A stretch of 64,000 nt of DNA from an uncultured Verrucomicrobiae bacterium (GCA_963706955.1 CAVPOC010000008.1:128001-192000), one strand, 5' to 3'; shown: positions 21,398-31,280, numbered from the stretch's first letter. Notes: generated by a model not told the origin, from the letters alone. Translations and numbers: made by a program.

Positions 21398-21933
21398 AGA
21401 GTGTTTATTGGGTAGAACGGTTTTTGCGGGCTGGGGTTTCCGGTTATTTCGGAGATCGCCTCGAACGCAGAGACCCGCCTCGGACATGCAGAATCCATTG
21501 ACCTTCATGGCTGCACTGATTAGCTCGTGCGCCCCGTGGAACAACGTCGCCCCTTCCGACGCCAGCCAACCGATCACAATTTCGGCTCGTCCTTGATGCT
21601 CGCCGTTACGGCCTCAGAACCAGCTAGTTCCACGTTTTACTACAAGCGCGGTGTTGGCCTGGCGGGCTCGGACGCCCGTCCTCGGCATTAAAGAGGTCCG
21701 CGAGAAGTCCGAGGGCGAGAAAGCCTGCGGTCAAGGATTTGATCGACCACTTCTCGCAGCAGGCCTTAGAGGCATATTCCGACCGCACGAGAAAGGATGT
21801 CTTGGCGTTTCCTCACAAGTCCCCAACATTAATAGGATAGCGGCAAAAATTCTGGCCAGAAATCCCGAAACTGCGCGTGAGTAAGGATTCGCTTTTAGAG
21901 CGCCACCGAAAGAGCTAAGAGCATCGTAATCCT

Positions 21934-22470
21934 GTGCGAACCTCGAGAGTGTTGGTCTTTGTGGATGAATCCAACGTCGTCAGCTCAGTGCGGCCACTCG
22001 GTCGAAAACTAGACTGGCTAAAGCTCCGCGATCACCTCGCGAGTGCCGATCGGGGACGGGAATTAATCGAGATGGTCATCTACGCTGGGTTACCTCCTCC
22101 AATACCCGACTGGCAAACTGAACGAGATAAGAAGAACAAGTTCCTGCATTGGCTTCGCTCCAACGGATTCCTCGTAGTGGCGAAAGATGGCTCGCCCGGA
22201 GATGGCAAACATTACAAGGCAAACGTCGACGTCTTGATGGCGATCGATGCAGTCGAGCTTTCCGTCGAGATGCGTCCCGACGTCGTCGTTCTGGTGACGG
22301 GCGATGCTGATTTTGCACACCTAGCTTTGCAGCTCCGGCGGCGTGGGATTCGAGTGGAAGTGGCTGCGACCGCTCAGACGCTGGGCACTGGATTGAAGGG
22401 CGCAGCAAATGAGGTGATCGACCTGGTTCCTCTGTTTGAAACATTTGAGCCAATGACACCCGCCGATTAG
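21934..22470 (+). CDS. NYN (LabA/DUF88, PIN-like) domain ribonuclease, copy 1
   Basis: VFVDESN, KANVDVLMAID, LVTGDADF, GIRVEV and LKGAANEVIDL motifs. Confidence 0.9.
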   Translation: MRTSRVLVFVDESNVVSSVRPLGRKLDWLKLRDHLASADRGRELIEMVIYAGLPPPIPDWQTERDKKNKFLHWLRSNGFLVVAKDGSPGDGKHYKANVDVLMAIDAVELSVEMRPDVVVLVTGDADFAHLALQLRRRGIRVEVAATAQTLGTGLKGAANEVIDLVPLFETFEPMTPAD

Positions 22471-22557
22471 GCGAGCGTTTCAAGAACTCGCTCGACGTTG
22501 TGAAGGTCCAGGAAACTCGGCATTGTGCCAGCTTTACCCGGAACTCTGCGAGCAGAT

Positions 22558-22756
22558 GGGGTCGGTCCTATAATTTAAACATGCGGCACGGCTTAGCCTG
22601 CATGCTCTTTAACTTTTCAGGACAGCGGTGGGAATCGATCGTCTTCGTCACAATCGCTCCTGCAAACCTGCCGACGCCAAATTCGGCTTCGCAGCGATCT
22701 CTCGGGTAGCCAACTACTGCCATCTGTATAAGGATGTGTATTATAGGACTGACCCC
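22558..22756. mobile_element. MITE-like element, 199 bp, with GGGGTC terminal inverted repeats
   Basis: GGGGTCGGTCCTATAAT ... ATTATAGGACTGACCCC; interior homologous to the other copies. Confidence 0.85.
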
Positions 22757-23009
22757 GCACCGCCACATATCTTGTTCTATCATCGGAGCAGTCACGACTC
22801 CGGCACCTCAAACACTTCACTCGGCGAGACTGTTTGCCTAAAACCGTTTGTGGATGTGAATCCTCCTGGCGCGGGAATTACGCCCCGGTGTGCCGGGCTT
22901 TGCAGAGATGCTTTCAAATTTAGGGAGACACCAAAAGCATGAGCGGCTCTTCTGGCCGGTCATCCAAGACTTTCGGAAGACTTAGCCTGACACGTTAATT
23001 CTCAAGGAC

Positions 23010-24422
23010 CTACCAAGAACCAAAATCTCCCTTGAACTTTGCGGGTATTGCCTTCCTAACTTCGACTGCAAGCGCCTTTCGGACTTCCTTGCGAGCCATT
23101 GTCGTTCCGTCTTCGCCTCTTTGGGTATCCTCTTGTTGGTTGTGCTTTATCGCTTCGTCCTGCGGAGCTGCTGTTTTCGGCTTCTGGCTATGAATAACGC
23201 CACTGACTTGAGGCGTAGAGGTATGATCCGAATTTGAACTATCCGGAGATTCGTGCGCCTTGATGCTGGACTTGATCGAAGTGTTTGCCCTCTTCTCCGC
23301 TTTTTCTCTGTCGATTCTGGCTGTCTTGCTCACAAGCGCCTTTCGGATTTCCATGCCATCCATTGTCGTTCCGTCTTTGCCTCTTTGGGTATCCTCTTGT
23401 TGGTTGTGTTTTATCGCTTCGTCCGGCGGAGTTGCTGCTGTTTTCTGGCTTTGAATAGTGTCACTGACTTGAGGCGTAGAGGTATGATCCGAAATTGAAC
23501 TATCCGGGGAATCGTGCGCCTTGATGCTGGACTGGCTCAAAGTGTTTGCCCTGTTCTCCGCTTTTTCTCCGTCGATTCTGGCTGTCGCGCTCACAGGCGC
23601 CTTTCGGACTTCCCTGCCATCCATTGTCGTTCCGTCTTTGCCTCTTTGGGTATCCTCTTGTTGGTGGTGTTTTATCGTTTCGTCCTGCGGAGTTGCTGCT
23701 GGCTTCTGGCTTTGAATAATGCCAGTCACTTGAGGCGTAGAGGTATGATCCGGATTTGAACTATCCGGGGAGTCGTCGGCCTTGATGCTGGACTTGCTCA
23801 AAGTGTTTGCCCTGTTCTCCGCTTTTTCTCTGTCGATTCTGGCTGTCGCGCTCACAGGCGAAAAGACAAGAAACAACGCATAGGCCGCAACTAGCAGTAC
23901 CACCGAACCAAGAAGAAGCAATGCAGCCTTCTTCCGGGGCGAAGATTTGATCACCTCGGGAGAGGGCGTAGAGGTCTTTATGCCCGAGTGAGCCTCCGCC
24001 CCAGCATGGATGCTTTGCCACCATTGAGCGTCATGATTGCTGATGCGTTCAAAGGCGGCCAGCTGCTCGATCATCGATTCCCTGCCTACGATTGTCTCCA
24101 CCAAGTCGCCTGCCAGATTCTCAAGTGCTTGGTCGCTGTGCTGCTCTGCTAGGAGAAGAACGCGATGAGCTTTCCTGTACATAACCCTGGATCCACACGA
24201 AAGATTCGCGTCAGCGAGCGCGGTCTGTGGATAATTCCTGCAAAAGTAGACGTTGAGTCTCCTAACGTGGCGCGCTCGTCTTTGCTGTGGATCCTCTCCA
24301 TTGGCGATCGCTTCGAGCAGTTCGAAGCCAAATTGCGAGACGTCCGGTTCGTTCATTTGCTTGCCCAGCGCAATCCCTGCACGAGCTAATTCTTCGTCTG
24401 ATTGTGTACCGTTCATTTTCAT
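23010..24422 (-). CDS. Hypothetical TM protein with three ~87 aa low-complexity tandem repeats
   Basis: TM ALLLLGSVVLLVAAYALFLVF; repeat unit VSATARIDREKAENRANT...EDTQRGKDGTTMDGREVRKA, period 261 bp. Confidence 0.7.
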   Translation of the reverse strand: MKMNGTQSDEELARAGIALGKQMNEPDVSQFGFELLEAIANGEDPQQRRARHVRRLNVYFCRNYPQTALADANLSCGSRVMYRKAHRVLLLAEQHSDQALENLAGDLVETIVGRESMIEQLAAFERISNHDAQWWQSIHAGAEAHSGIKTSTPSPEVIKSSPRKKAALLLLGSVVLLVAAYALFLVFSPVSATARIDREKAENRANTLSKSSIKADDSPDSSNPDHTSTPQVTGIIQSQKPAATPQDETIKHHQQEDTQRGKDGTTMDGREVRKAPVSATARIDGEKAENRANTLSQSSIKAHDSPDSSISDHTSTPQVSDTIQSQKTAATPPDEAIKHNQQEDTQRGKDGTTMDGMEIRKALVSKTARIDREKAEKRANTSIKSSIKAHESPDSSNSDHTSTPQVSGVIHSQKPKTAAPQDEAIKHNQQEDTQRGEDGTTMARKEVRKALAVEVRKAIPAKFKGDFGSW

Positions 24423-24639
24423 GCGGTGCGTTGCGGAGCTTACTTATCCCACCCCGTAGAAGCAAAGGCGTGACCAGAAGCTGCTTCATGTTGCCTTATG
24501 GAACCCCTCTGTCCAGATCATTCCCATACTCAAGAGCAGGAGCCGTACCTGGTGGGGCTCCCGGAAACACGCGCTTGCCTTCAGCCAGCCCGGTAGGACT
24601 GGAGCAATTGGGCAGCAGATGCGCTCGGTTCGAGCAGAT

Positions 24640-24889
24640 GGGGTCGGTCCTATAATTTACATGTTGCCGCGCAGATTGGCTTGCATGCTTCCCTTAGCTC
24701 ACCCACGGGAAAAGCGATTAAGCGCTCGACTGCTTTTGTTGCCGATCGCTCCTGCAAGCGCCAGGCTCCATGTCGGCTACCGTTTTCCCATTTCCTGTAA
24801 CCCTTAGTTCGGCCGCTCCGGCAAACTCTCGCCGCAATTTCCTAACAACACATGCTGGCTTGAGAGATGTATTTTATAGGACTGACGCC
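24640..24889. mobile_element. MITE-like element, 250 bp long subtype
   Basis: GGGGTCGGTCCTATAAT ... TTTTATAGGACTGACGCC; an orphan end of another type, TTCAATCTTCAAGTCCTGACCCC, ends at 24922. Confidence 0.8.
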
Positions 24890-25021
24890 GTCCATTTGGT
24901 TCAATCTTCAAGTCCTGACCCCTATAGTCGACGCGCGTGACGGGGCAATGCGGTCACTGCTCTGCCAGGAAAATGGTCAATCACTCTGGCTTAACTCTGG
25001 TTTGCATATCCTGAGCCTTTA

Positions 25022-25228
25022 TTACTCGTGAATGCGCAGCAGATGCTCCCAGGCGCGGAAGTCTCCATTGAAACCCAGGCTCTGCGCGATCTGGTAGCTT
25101 GAGAGGACCTCCCGCTCGATAGCCTTGTTTCCCTTGTTGGGGCGCTCGCAGACTTGCCGATACTGCTTTCTTGCCTGGTAGAGATGCGCCACGAACTTGT
25201 CAGCTTCACTTGATTCCAGCAGCGCCAT
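25022..25228 (-). CDS. Small hypothetical protein, 68 aa
   Basis: MALLESSEADKFVAHLYQARKQY...GFNGDFRAWEHLLRIHE; protein-like composition. Confidence 0.55.
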   Translation of the reverse strand: MALLESSEADKFVAHLYQARKQYRQVCERPNKGNKAIEREVLSSYQIAQSLGFNGDFRAWEHLLRIHE

Positions 25229-25654
25229 CAACTTGGCAAGCGTCTCCTGTGTGGCCTTCGCCAGCGAACTTCGATGCCGCGAACCTCTCAATCGCGAGCG
25301 GGCTTCCACTCACTCAAGTATTCGGGGCTGGTGCCCGCTATCCAATTCTAGCTAAATTTGCCGGGCTGGACTCGGTTTCCACGGCCCTCGCGAAGCATGG
25401 CCCCATGAAATTCCCAATCTGTCTCAACGCCTTGTGAAACCCTTACGGGGTCGTCGCATGCCCCATTTGCCGCAACCGTAGTTTAGCTAACGATGGCAAA
25501 CTTGGGTTGCGAATAGTCTAATGCTCTTAACGAGATGCGCCATTAAACCACTTAGTAACAAAACTAATGTAAAAAGCATTTTCAACAAGTTTACTACTTA
25601 TCGCTTGATTCCGCTAAGCTTCGTGGTAGCGATTGCGCCTCAAAACCGACAATT

Positions 25655-25996
25655 GTGGCTTCAAAACTCCCAGTCTTAGTGTTTGCGCTCGCTTTGGCGC
25701 AGGCAAGCATTGCTCAATCACAGATCTCGTTCGAATGGGTGACCATCGGCGATCCTGGTAACCACAATGATCCGCTAACCGATGTTCCAACCGGCGGTGT
25801 GACGCCACCTCCGCGCGGTGCGGTCCCATACGTCTACAGCATTTCGAAGTATGAAACCAGAATTGGCCAATACACCGCTTTTCTTAATGCCGTGGCAAAA
25901 TCCGATCCCCATGGCCTGTATCATCCGGACTTGGGCAAACTGGAGCAGATCAGGGGCGTACAACTTCCTTTCGGCACATCCTCAAGAAACACTTAG
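25655..25996 (+). pseudogene. N-terminal fragment of a secreted FGE-sulfatase/SUMF1-like protein
   Basis: Signal peptide, then ISFEWVTIGDPGN...GAVPYVYSISKYE..IGQYTAFLNAVAKSDPHGLY; ends far short of a full domain. Confidence 0.65.
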
Positions 25997-25998
25997 AC

Positions 25999-28785
25999 AT
26001 GAAAAAGCGACAAGCTTTACAAACGGCCCAGCGTAACGTCCGACTCGGAAAGGCGATTTGCGTAGCCGTCGCCGTTCTCCTTGTAGGTGGTGTAGCCAAC
26101 TTCGCGGCCTTCGGCATAATACGTTTTGAATATGACTTCACGTCGGAGACCGGAAGAGTCTTTTCTCAGGATCCTATCCCAGAGGGCATTACCTTTTCGG
26201 GCCTTACGTTGAACAACGTTGTCAAGCTCGGGCCATCCCCAATTCCCGGCATAGGAGGTACTTTATTTGGACCATGGGACCCCCCAATAGATCACTATAT
26301 ATCGTTTACAATTTTCGCGCCATCCGGATACCAGTTGCACGTGACAAGCTATGATGCGTTTGTGACAATTGGGGCTATTGCCCAGCTTGAATTGTCTGGT
26401 CCTGGCACCTCGGAAGAGGTCAAGATGCGCATCTTCAAAGGCGCTGGTATTCAAGATCCGCGTCCACTTTCTACTTTAAGGGGAGAGCTCAGTCTGATCT
26501 CCACTTACATGTTGGAAGTTGGATCCGGCAGCGGGGACGGTGCCTATGCGACAGGCACGATGGTCACAGTGATCGCCGACCCGCCGCCGACAGGCCAGCA
26601 TTTTGCAGGCTGGTCGGGTGACATTGCCATCCTTTCCAATCCGTTCCTGGCCACCACGACGGCGATAGTACCCTCCATGAATGTGAAGATTTTCGCGATG
26701 TACTCGGAGCTGCCAACATATACTGTAACAGTGACAAACGGGAGCGGCGACGGAAACTATCTCGCCGGAGCGCAAGTTGCGATCTCCGCGGACGCGGCGC
26801 CCCCGGGCCAGCAATTCGCGGGCTGGACCGGGGAGGTGACCTTCGGCGATGCCTCGTCGCCAACGACCACCTTCACGATGCCGTCTTCTGCAGTTGAGGT
26901 CACGGCGACCTACTCTGATTCCACTGGCACCGGTACGGGCCTGCGCGGGCAGTACTACAACGACAGCAGTAGTGCGTCGTATCCGCCGGCCAATCCGTTC
27001 GCGGGTTCCCCGGTTCTCACCGGCACGGACGCCACGGTGGATTTTAGCTGGGCCGGTGGTTCGCCCGGTTCTCCGGTCACCTCAAATTTCTTCTCGGCAA
27101 AGTGGACCGGCCAGGTGAAGGCGCCTATGACGGGAAGCTACACCTTCACGGTCACCGGCGATGATGGAGTGCGCCTGTTCCTCAATGGCGTCAAGGTCAT
27201 CGATGGATGGAGAGATCAGGGTGCCACGCCTTACACCTACACCACGACGCTAACTGCGGGCACATTGTATAACATCGAGCTGCACTACTACGAGCATGAG
27301 GGTGACGCCGCGTGCCGGCTGCAATGGAGCTATCCCGGACAGACAACTCAGGCTATACCGCAGAGCCAGCTCTATCCGACCATGGAGGAAACGCCGGGCA
27401 CAGGTCTGCGCGGGCAGTACTACAATGACGGCAGTAATACGACGTATCCGCCGGCCAATCCGTTCGCGGGTTCCCCTGTGCTTACACGCACGGATGCCAC
27501 GGTGGATTTCACCTGGGACACCAGTTCGCCAGGTTCCCCGGTTACCTCCAATTTCTTCTCAGCGAAGTGGACCGGCCAGGTGAAAGCGCCCGTGACGGGA
27601 AGTTACACCTTCACGGTCACTGGCGATGATGGAGTGCGCCTGTTCCTCAATGGCGTCAAGGCCATTGATGCATGGAAAGATCAGGGTGCCACGCCTTACT
27701 CCTACACCACCGCGTTAACGGCCGGCACATTGTATAACATCGAGCTTCACTACTATGAGCATGAGGGTGACGCCGCGTGCCGGCTGCAATGGAGCTATCC
27801 CGGACAGACGACCCAGGCTATCCCGCAGAGCCAACTCTATCCCACTGTTGAGGCAACACCGGGCGCAGGCCTGCGCGGGCAATACTACAACGACAACAGC
27901 AGTACGCCGTATCCACTGGCCAATCCATTCGGCGTTTCTCCGGTGCTTACACGCACGGACGCCACGGTGGATTTCAACTGGGGCGGTGATTCGCCAGGGT
28001 CCCCGGTAACCTCAAATTTCTTCTCGGCGAAGTGGACCGGCCAGGTCAAGGCGCCTGTGACGGGAACCTACACCTTCACGGTTACCGGCGATGACGGAGT
28101 GCGCCTGTTCCTCAATGGCGCCAAGGTCATTGATGCATGGAGAGATCAGGGCGCCACTCCTTACTCATACACCACGACGTTAACGGCCGGCGCACTGTAT
28201 GACATCGAGCTGCACTATTATGAACATGAGGGTAACGCCGCTTGCAGCCTGCAATGGAGCTATCCAGGAAAGGCAACCCAGGCTATCCCCCAAAGCCAGC
28301 TCTATTCGAATGAATCGACCCAGGGTCATGAATTAGATCAAGAGAATGTGCCGATTGGTGGATCAGGAGGACTTGAGATAACCAGAAATCAAACTGTGGC
28401 TCAATCGTTTTCTATATCAAAGCCTGGGAAGTTGTCGAGAGTCGATATTATAGATATTAGGCATCACAGATGCCCTCCAAAAGAGAGCTTATATATATCG
28501 CTTATCGATATGTCAGGCGACCAGTTGGGACAGAACACATACTATACGAGAGAGGTCTACCCACACGAAGTTAATGGAACAATCTCGTTGGAATTCGGTA
28601 ATTACGCGCCAACTGTATCTAAGGGCGACAAATACGCCATTTATTTGAAGACAGATGCAGAGCCAAGTGGATGTACATATGCATGGGGCGGTGGGATTGA
28701 AACTTACGATGGCGGGGACACATTTATCAATGAGAGGAAAAACATCAGGGACATGAAGTTTAGGTCATACGTCACAGACAAATAG
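25999..28785 (+). CDS. Secreted multidomain protein: two InlB-B/Flg_new-like repeats, three PA14 domains, unrelated C-terminal domain
   Basis: GSGDGxY..G..V...ADxxPxGQxFAGW repeats; three GLRGQYY...FSAKWTG...GDDGVRL...YYEHEG units with a 465 bp period (26938, 27403, 27868). Confidence 0.85.
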   Translation: MKKRQALQTAQRNVRLGKAICVAVAVLLVGGVANFAAFGIIRFEYDFTSETGRVFSQDPIPEGITFSGLTLNNVVKLGPSPIPGIGGTLFGPWDPPIDHYISFTIFAPSGYQLHVTSYDAFVTIGAIAQLELSGPGTSEEVKMRIFKGAGIQDPRPLSTLRGELSLISTYMLEVGSGSGDGAYATGTMVTVIADPPPTGQHFAGWSGDIAILSNPFLATTTAIVPSMNVKIFAMYSELPTYTVTVTNGSGDGNYLAGAQVAISADAAPPGQQFAGWTGEVTFGDASSPTTTFTMPSSAVEVTATYSDSTGTGTGLRGQYYNDSSSASYPPANPFAGSPVLTGTDATVDFSWAGGSPGSPVTSNFFSAKWTGQVKAPMTGSYTFTVTGDDGVRLFLNGVKVIDGWRDQGATPYTYTTTLTAGTLYNIELHYYEHEGDAACRLQWSYPGQTTQAIPQSQLYPTMEETPGTGLRGQYYNDGSNTTYPPANPFAGSPVLTRTDATVDFTWDTSSPGSPVTSNFFSAKWTGQVKAPVTGSYTFTVTGDDGVRLFLNGVKAIDAWKDQGATPYSYTTALTAGTLYNIELHYYEHEGDAACRLQWSYPGQTTQAIPQSQLYPTVEATPGAGLRGQYYNDNSSTPYPLANPFGVSPVLTRTDATVDFNWGGDSPGSPVTSNFFSAKWTGQVKAPVTGTYTFTVTGDDGVRLFLNGAKVIDAWRDQGATPYSYTTTLTAGALYDIELHYYEHEGNAACSLQWSYPGKATQAIPQSQLYSNESTQGHELDQENVPIGGSGGLEITRNQTVAQSFSISKPGKLSRVDIIDIRHHRCPPKESLYISLIDMSGDQLGQNTYYTREVYPHEVNGTISLEFGNYAPTVSKGDKYAIYLKTDAEPSGCTYAWGGGIETYDGGDTFINERKNIRDMKFRSYVTDK

Positions 28786-28815
28786 GGGTTCTCTCAACAG
28801 TCGGGGGGTCACGAT

Positions 28816-28978
28816 GGGGTCAGATCTTTGACTTATGACATTTGCGCGATCTCCTTCTGCAGAATCCTGAACGCGCGGTCCAGACCGGCATTTTCTGGAA
28901 TCCTCCTTGTCAGGCGGCGCACAGCTTGGGCCACCGCCGAGTCATCGATCCCGCCGGCCCATTCGGCGAGTTCTCGGT
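28816..28978 (-). pseudogene. 3' remnant of a RAYT-like HUH transposase (C-terminal HTH tail) running into its end
   Basis: Minus strand reads YRELAEWAGGIDDSAVAQAVRRLTRRIPENAGLDRAFRILQKEIAQMS*VK then ATCTGACCCC; resembles the DnaA-like HTH tail of these transposases (recognition, not a search). Confidence 0.65.
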
Positions 28979-29001
28979 AAAGAAGGGGTCATCGGTAAGA
29001 A

Positions 29002-29244
29002 GGGGTCAGGACTTGAATCTTGCGCAGACGACAGGGGACAAATTCATCCGTTTCTTTTTCTCGTTGCTATTCCTCCTATATCCCACATGTGGGTCAGCTC
29101 GGATAGTCGTGCTCACTCTAGAAAAGCGCCACGTATTTGACAGAGCTGACCCCATGCCCCCTCTGTGATACTCCAAGCGCGACTGCCGTGGCATCCTGCT
29201 CCTGACAACGGCTGCAGAATACTCAATGTTCAAGTCCTGACCCC
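29002..29244. mobile_element. MITE-like element of a second end type, with an internal extra end
   Basis: GGGGTCAGGACTTGAA ... TTCAAGTCCTGACCCC perfect 16 bp IR; internal GGGTCAGCT at about 29091 and AGCTGACCCC ending at 29153. Confidence 0.75.
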
Positions 29245-29719
29245 TTTCGTCGTGCACGGCGACATTGTGGTCATCGACTCTCACGAATCGATCAACACAG
29301 CTTTCTGGGGCGAGAACATGACGATGTCGGCGCTCAATCGAGGTGTGGTTGCCGCAGTGATTGATGGTGCGTGTCGGGATGTCGAGGAAATCCGGAGGAT
29401 GAGGTTTCCCGTGATTTGCAAGGGAGTTGTTCCCAACGTAGGCGCAATCGCAGGCTATGGGCACGTGAACGTGGCGATTCAGTGCGCTGGAGTGTCGGTT
29501 TTGCCAGGGGACATCATTGTTATCGATGGCAACGGCGTGGTTGTCGTGCCAATGGAAGAGGCTGCTGCGATTCTGCAGGGGGCGCAGCGCCTACTGGATA
29601 CGGAGCGTCTCCTTCAGGAGAAAATCAAAGCTGGCGCGACAATCGGCGAGCTTGTTAACGTCGACGAGATCTTTCGGACAGCGTTCTCGTATCAGAATAA
29701 GGCGCTGGAACACGGGTGA
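29245..29719 (+). pseudogene. 5'-truncated RraA/HMG-aldolase family gene
   Basis: GDIVVID..AFWGENM..GVVAAVIDGACRD..VSVLPGDIIVIDGNGVVVVP; the N-terminal portion is replaced by the element ending at 29244. Confidence 0.8.
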
Positions 29720-29852
29720 TATCCCAAGGCACTTACGCAACAGTTATTCTTGGCCCAAGCCCCCGGGACAATGCCTACGTGTTGATGGCGGACTTCGGGG
29801 GGCCCGCTCCCACCAAGGTAACGCCTGCCCATTTCGCAACAGCCTCTTTAGT

Positions 29853-30390
29853 TTAGTTAGGGTATTCGCTGCCAAGCGGGAATGACTGCCATTTCTCCTC
29901 GCCACTAGCGAAGATGGCACCGAGGCGGTGCGTTGTTTGCTCTTCGAGTCGGGCCGAATCGGCCAGCCAAATATCGATCATCTTTTGCGTCCAACCCCAC
30001 GGGTTAACACAGATGACGCACACGCCACCCGCCACATACCTGCACCGGGAGTGAGGGATATTTCCCGTCGATCCGCCAGCTATAGAGCCGACCAATGAGG
30101 GTGGTGGTTTTTACCATCCCCTGATGCTGGATACCGTTCCGGTAAATGTTCCAAAACCGCTTGAAGAAGGTGTGATTCACGCCGAGGAACTCCGCCGCTT
30201 TGTTTTGAAACGGGGCACCGTCTTGTACGTCTTGGGTGCCAGTCATTGAGCGGAAATACCGCTCGCAGAGGAAGAGGCCGATGGACATGGCTACGAATGC
30301 GCCACCGCCGCCCTCGACGGATTTGATAGCCTCAAAAGGCTCGATATACCACCGCGTGAATTTCTCACGGGAAGTTGTAGGGACGCCCAT
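29853..30390 (-). CDS. Putative HEPN-like (RxxxxH) protein; frameshift near 30035
   Basis: FWNIYRNGIQHQG motif; second frame continues GVCVICVNPWGWTQKMIDIWLAD. Confidence 0.5.
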
Positions 30391-30596
30391 TATTTCCTGC
30401 GCGGTGGGGTGGGTTTCGGGAGTTCGAGGTCCTTCCTTGCCTTCTCTTGCAAAGCCAGAAGCCGCCTTTGCAGGTCAAATGCCTGCTTGTAGAAATCATC
30501 CGTTTTGTTGTAATAGCGGTTAAAGTTTCGAGCGCAGTGGAGCTGATCGGCAAGCGACTGCTTGCCCCATTGGTCAAGGGGGTTTTTCTTGGGCAT
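30390..30596 (-). CDS. Small basic helical protein, 68 aa, translationally coupled to the HEPN-like gene
   Basis: MPKKNPLDQWGKQSLADQL...PPRRK; TAATG stop/start overlap at 30388-30392. Confidence 0.5.
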   Translation of the reverse strand: MPKKNPLDQWGKQSLADQLHCARNFNRYYNKTDDFYKQAFDLQRRLLALQEKARKDLELPKPTPPRRK

Positions 30597-30872
30597 GGTA
30601 TATCGCTGCCAAAGAGCCCGCAGCCTGTCGAGGCTATCTAAGCCTCTGAGCATTGGTTTCACGCCCCGCCACTGCATTAGAATGAGCATTCTCGTCGACC
30701 ATCCCTCCGGCGAGTTCAAGGTCATGGGGGCGCAAAGGACAGATGTGGCGCTGACCAGCAAAAGAGCCATCAGCGTTGCAAGCACTATCCACTCGTGAGC
30801 GACTAGACCTGCCCGAATTTCTCTCGTCGGTCTCTAAAGGGGACAACGCCGAGTCGCCAAAGTTAAAACCGC

Positions 30873-31280
30873 TCAGACTAGTCCGAGCTGTTTATCCAAT
30901 CCCTTTCGGTCAAAATACACTTCTTCTGAGCGAATCTTGTCTCCCTCCAGGTGAAATATGGAAGCTCCGCGAAGTGTGACTGAGCGTCCAGAGGGAGGTT
31001 TGTCATCGGCTCCCGGACCGGAGTTCGTGCCACGCACTATCCACTCGTGAGCGACTACACCTGCCCGAATTTCGCCGGCCTCGATAACCTCTACAGACAA
31101 GTCGGGAAAGGCCGTCCACACTCCTTTAACGAAGGCGGCAAACTCCTGTCCGCTGACACCCTCCGGCGGAGTATCCGGACTGCGGTATGTGCCGCCTTCA
31201 ATGAATGCTCCTACAAGCGCGTCAGCGTCTCGTCTGTTCCACGAATCATGGTAGCGTTGGGTTACGTCTTCAGCTTTCAT
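30873..31280 (-). CDS. SnoaL-like (NTF2-fold) ester cyclase family protein
   Basis: RYHDSWNRRDAD, TAFPDL, EWIVRGTNSG, PPSGRSV, GDKIRSEEVYFD. Confidence 0.85.
   Translation of the reverse strand: MKAEDVTQRYHDSWNRRDADALVGAFIEGGTYRSPDTPPEGVSGQEFAAFVKGVWTAFPDLSVEVIEAGEIRAGVVAHEWIVRGTNSGPGADDKPPSGRSVTLRGASIFHLEGDKIRSEEVYFDRKGLDKQLGLV

Larger units (their letters stand above)
20665..22756. repeat. Copy 1 of a 2.09 kb direct duplication
   Basis: Near-identical to 37018-39108 (offset about 16.35 kb). Confidence 0.97.

Noticed and set aside
26938..28305. PA14 repeats or the 2.09 kb duplicate as a diversity-generating retroelement TR/VR pair
   Set aside because: No reverse transcriptase is in the window and the differences are not adenine-specific.
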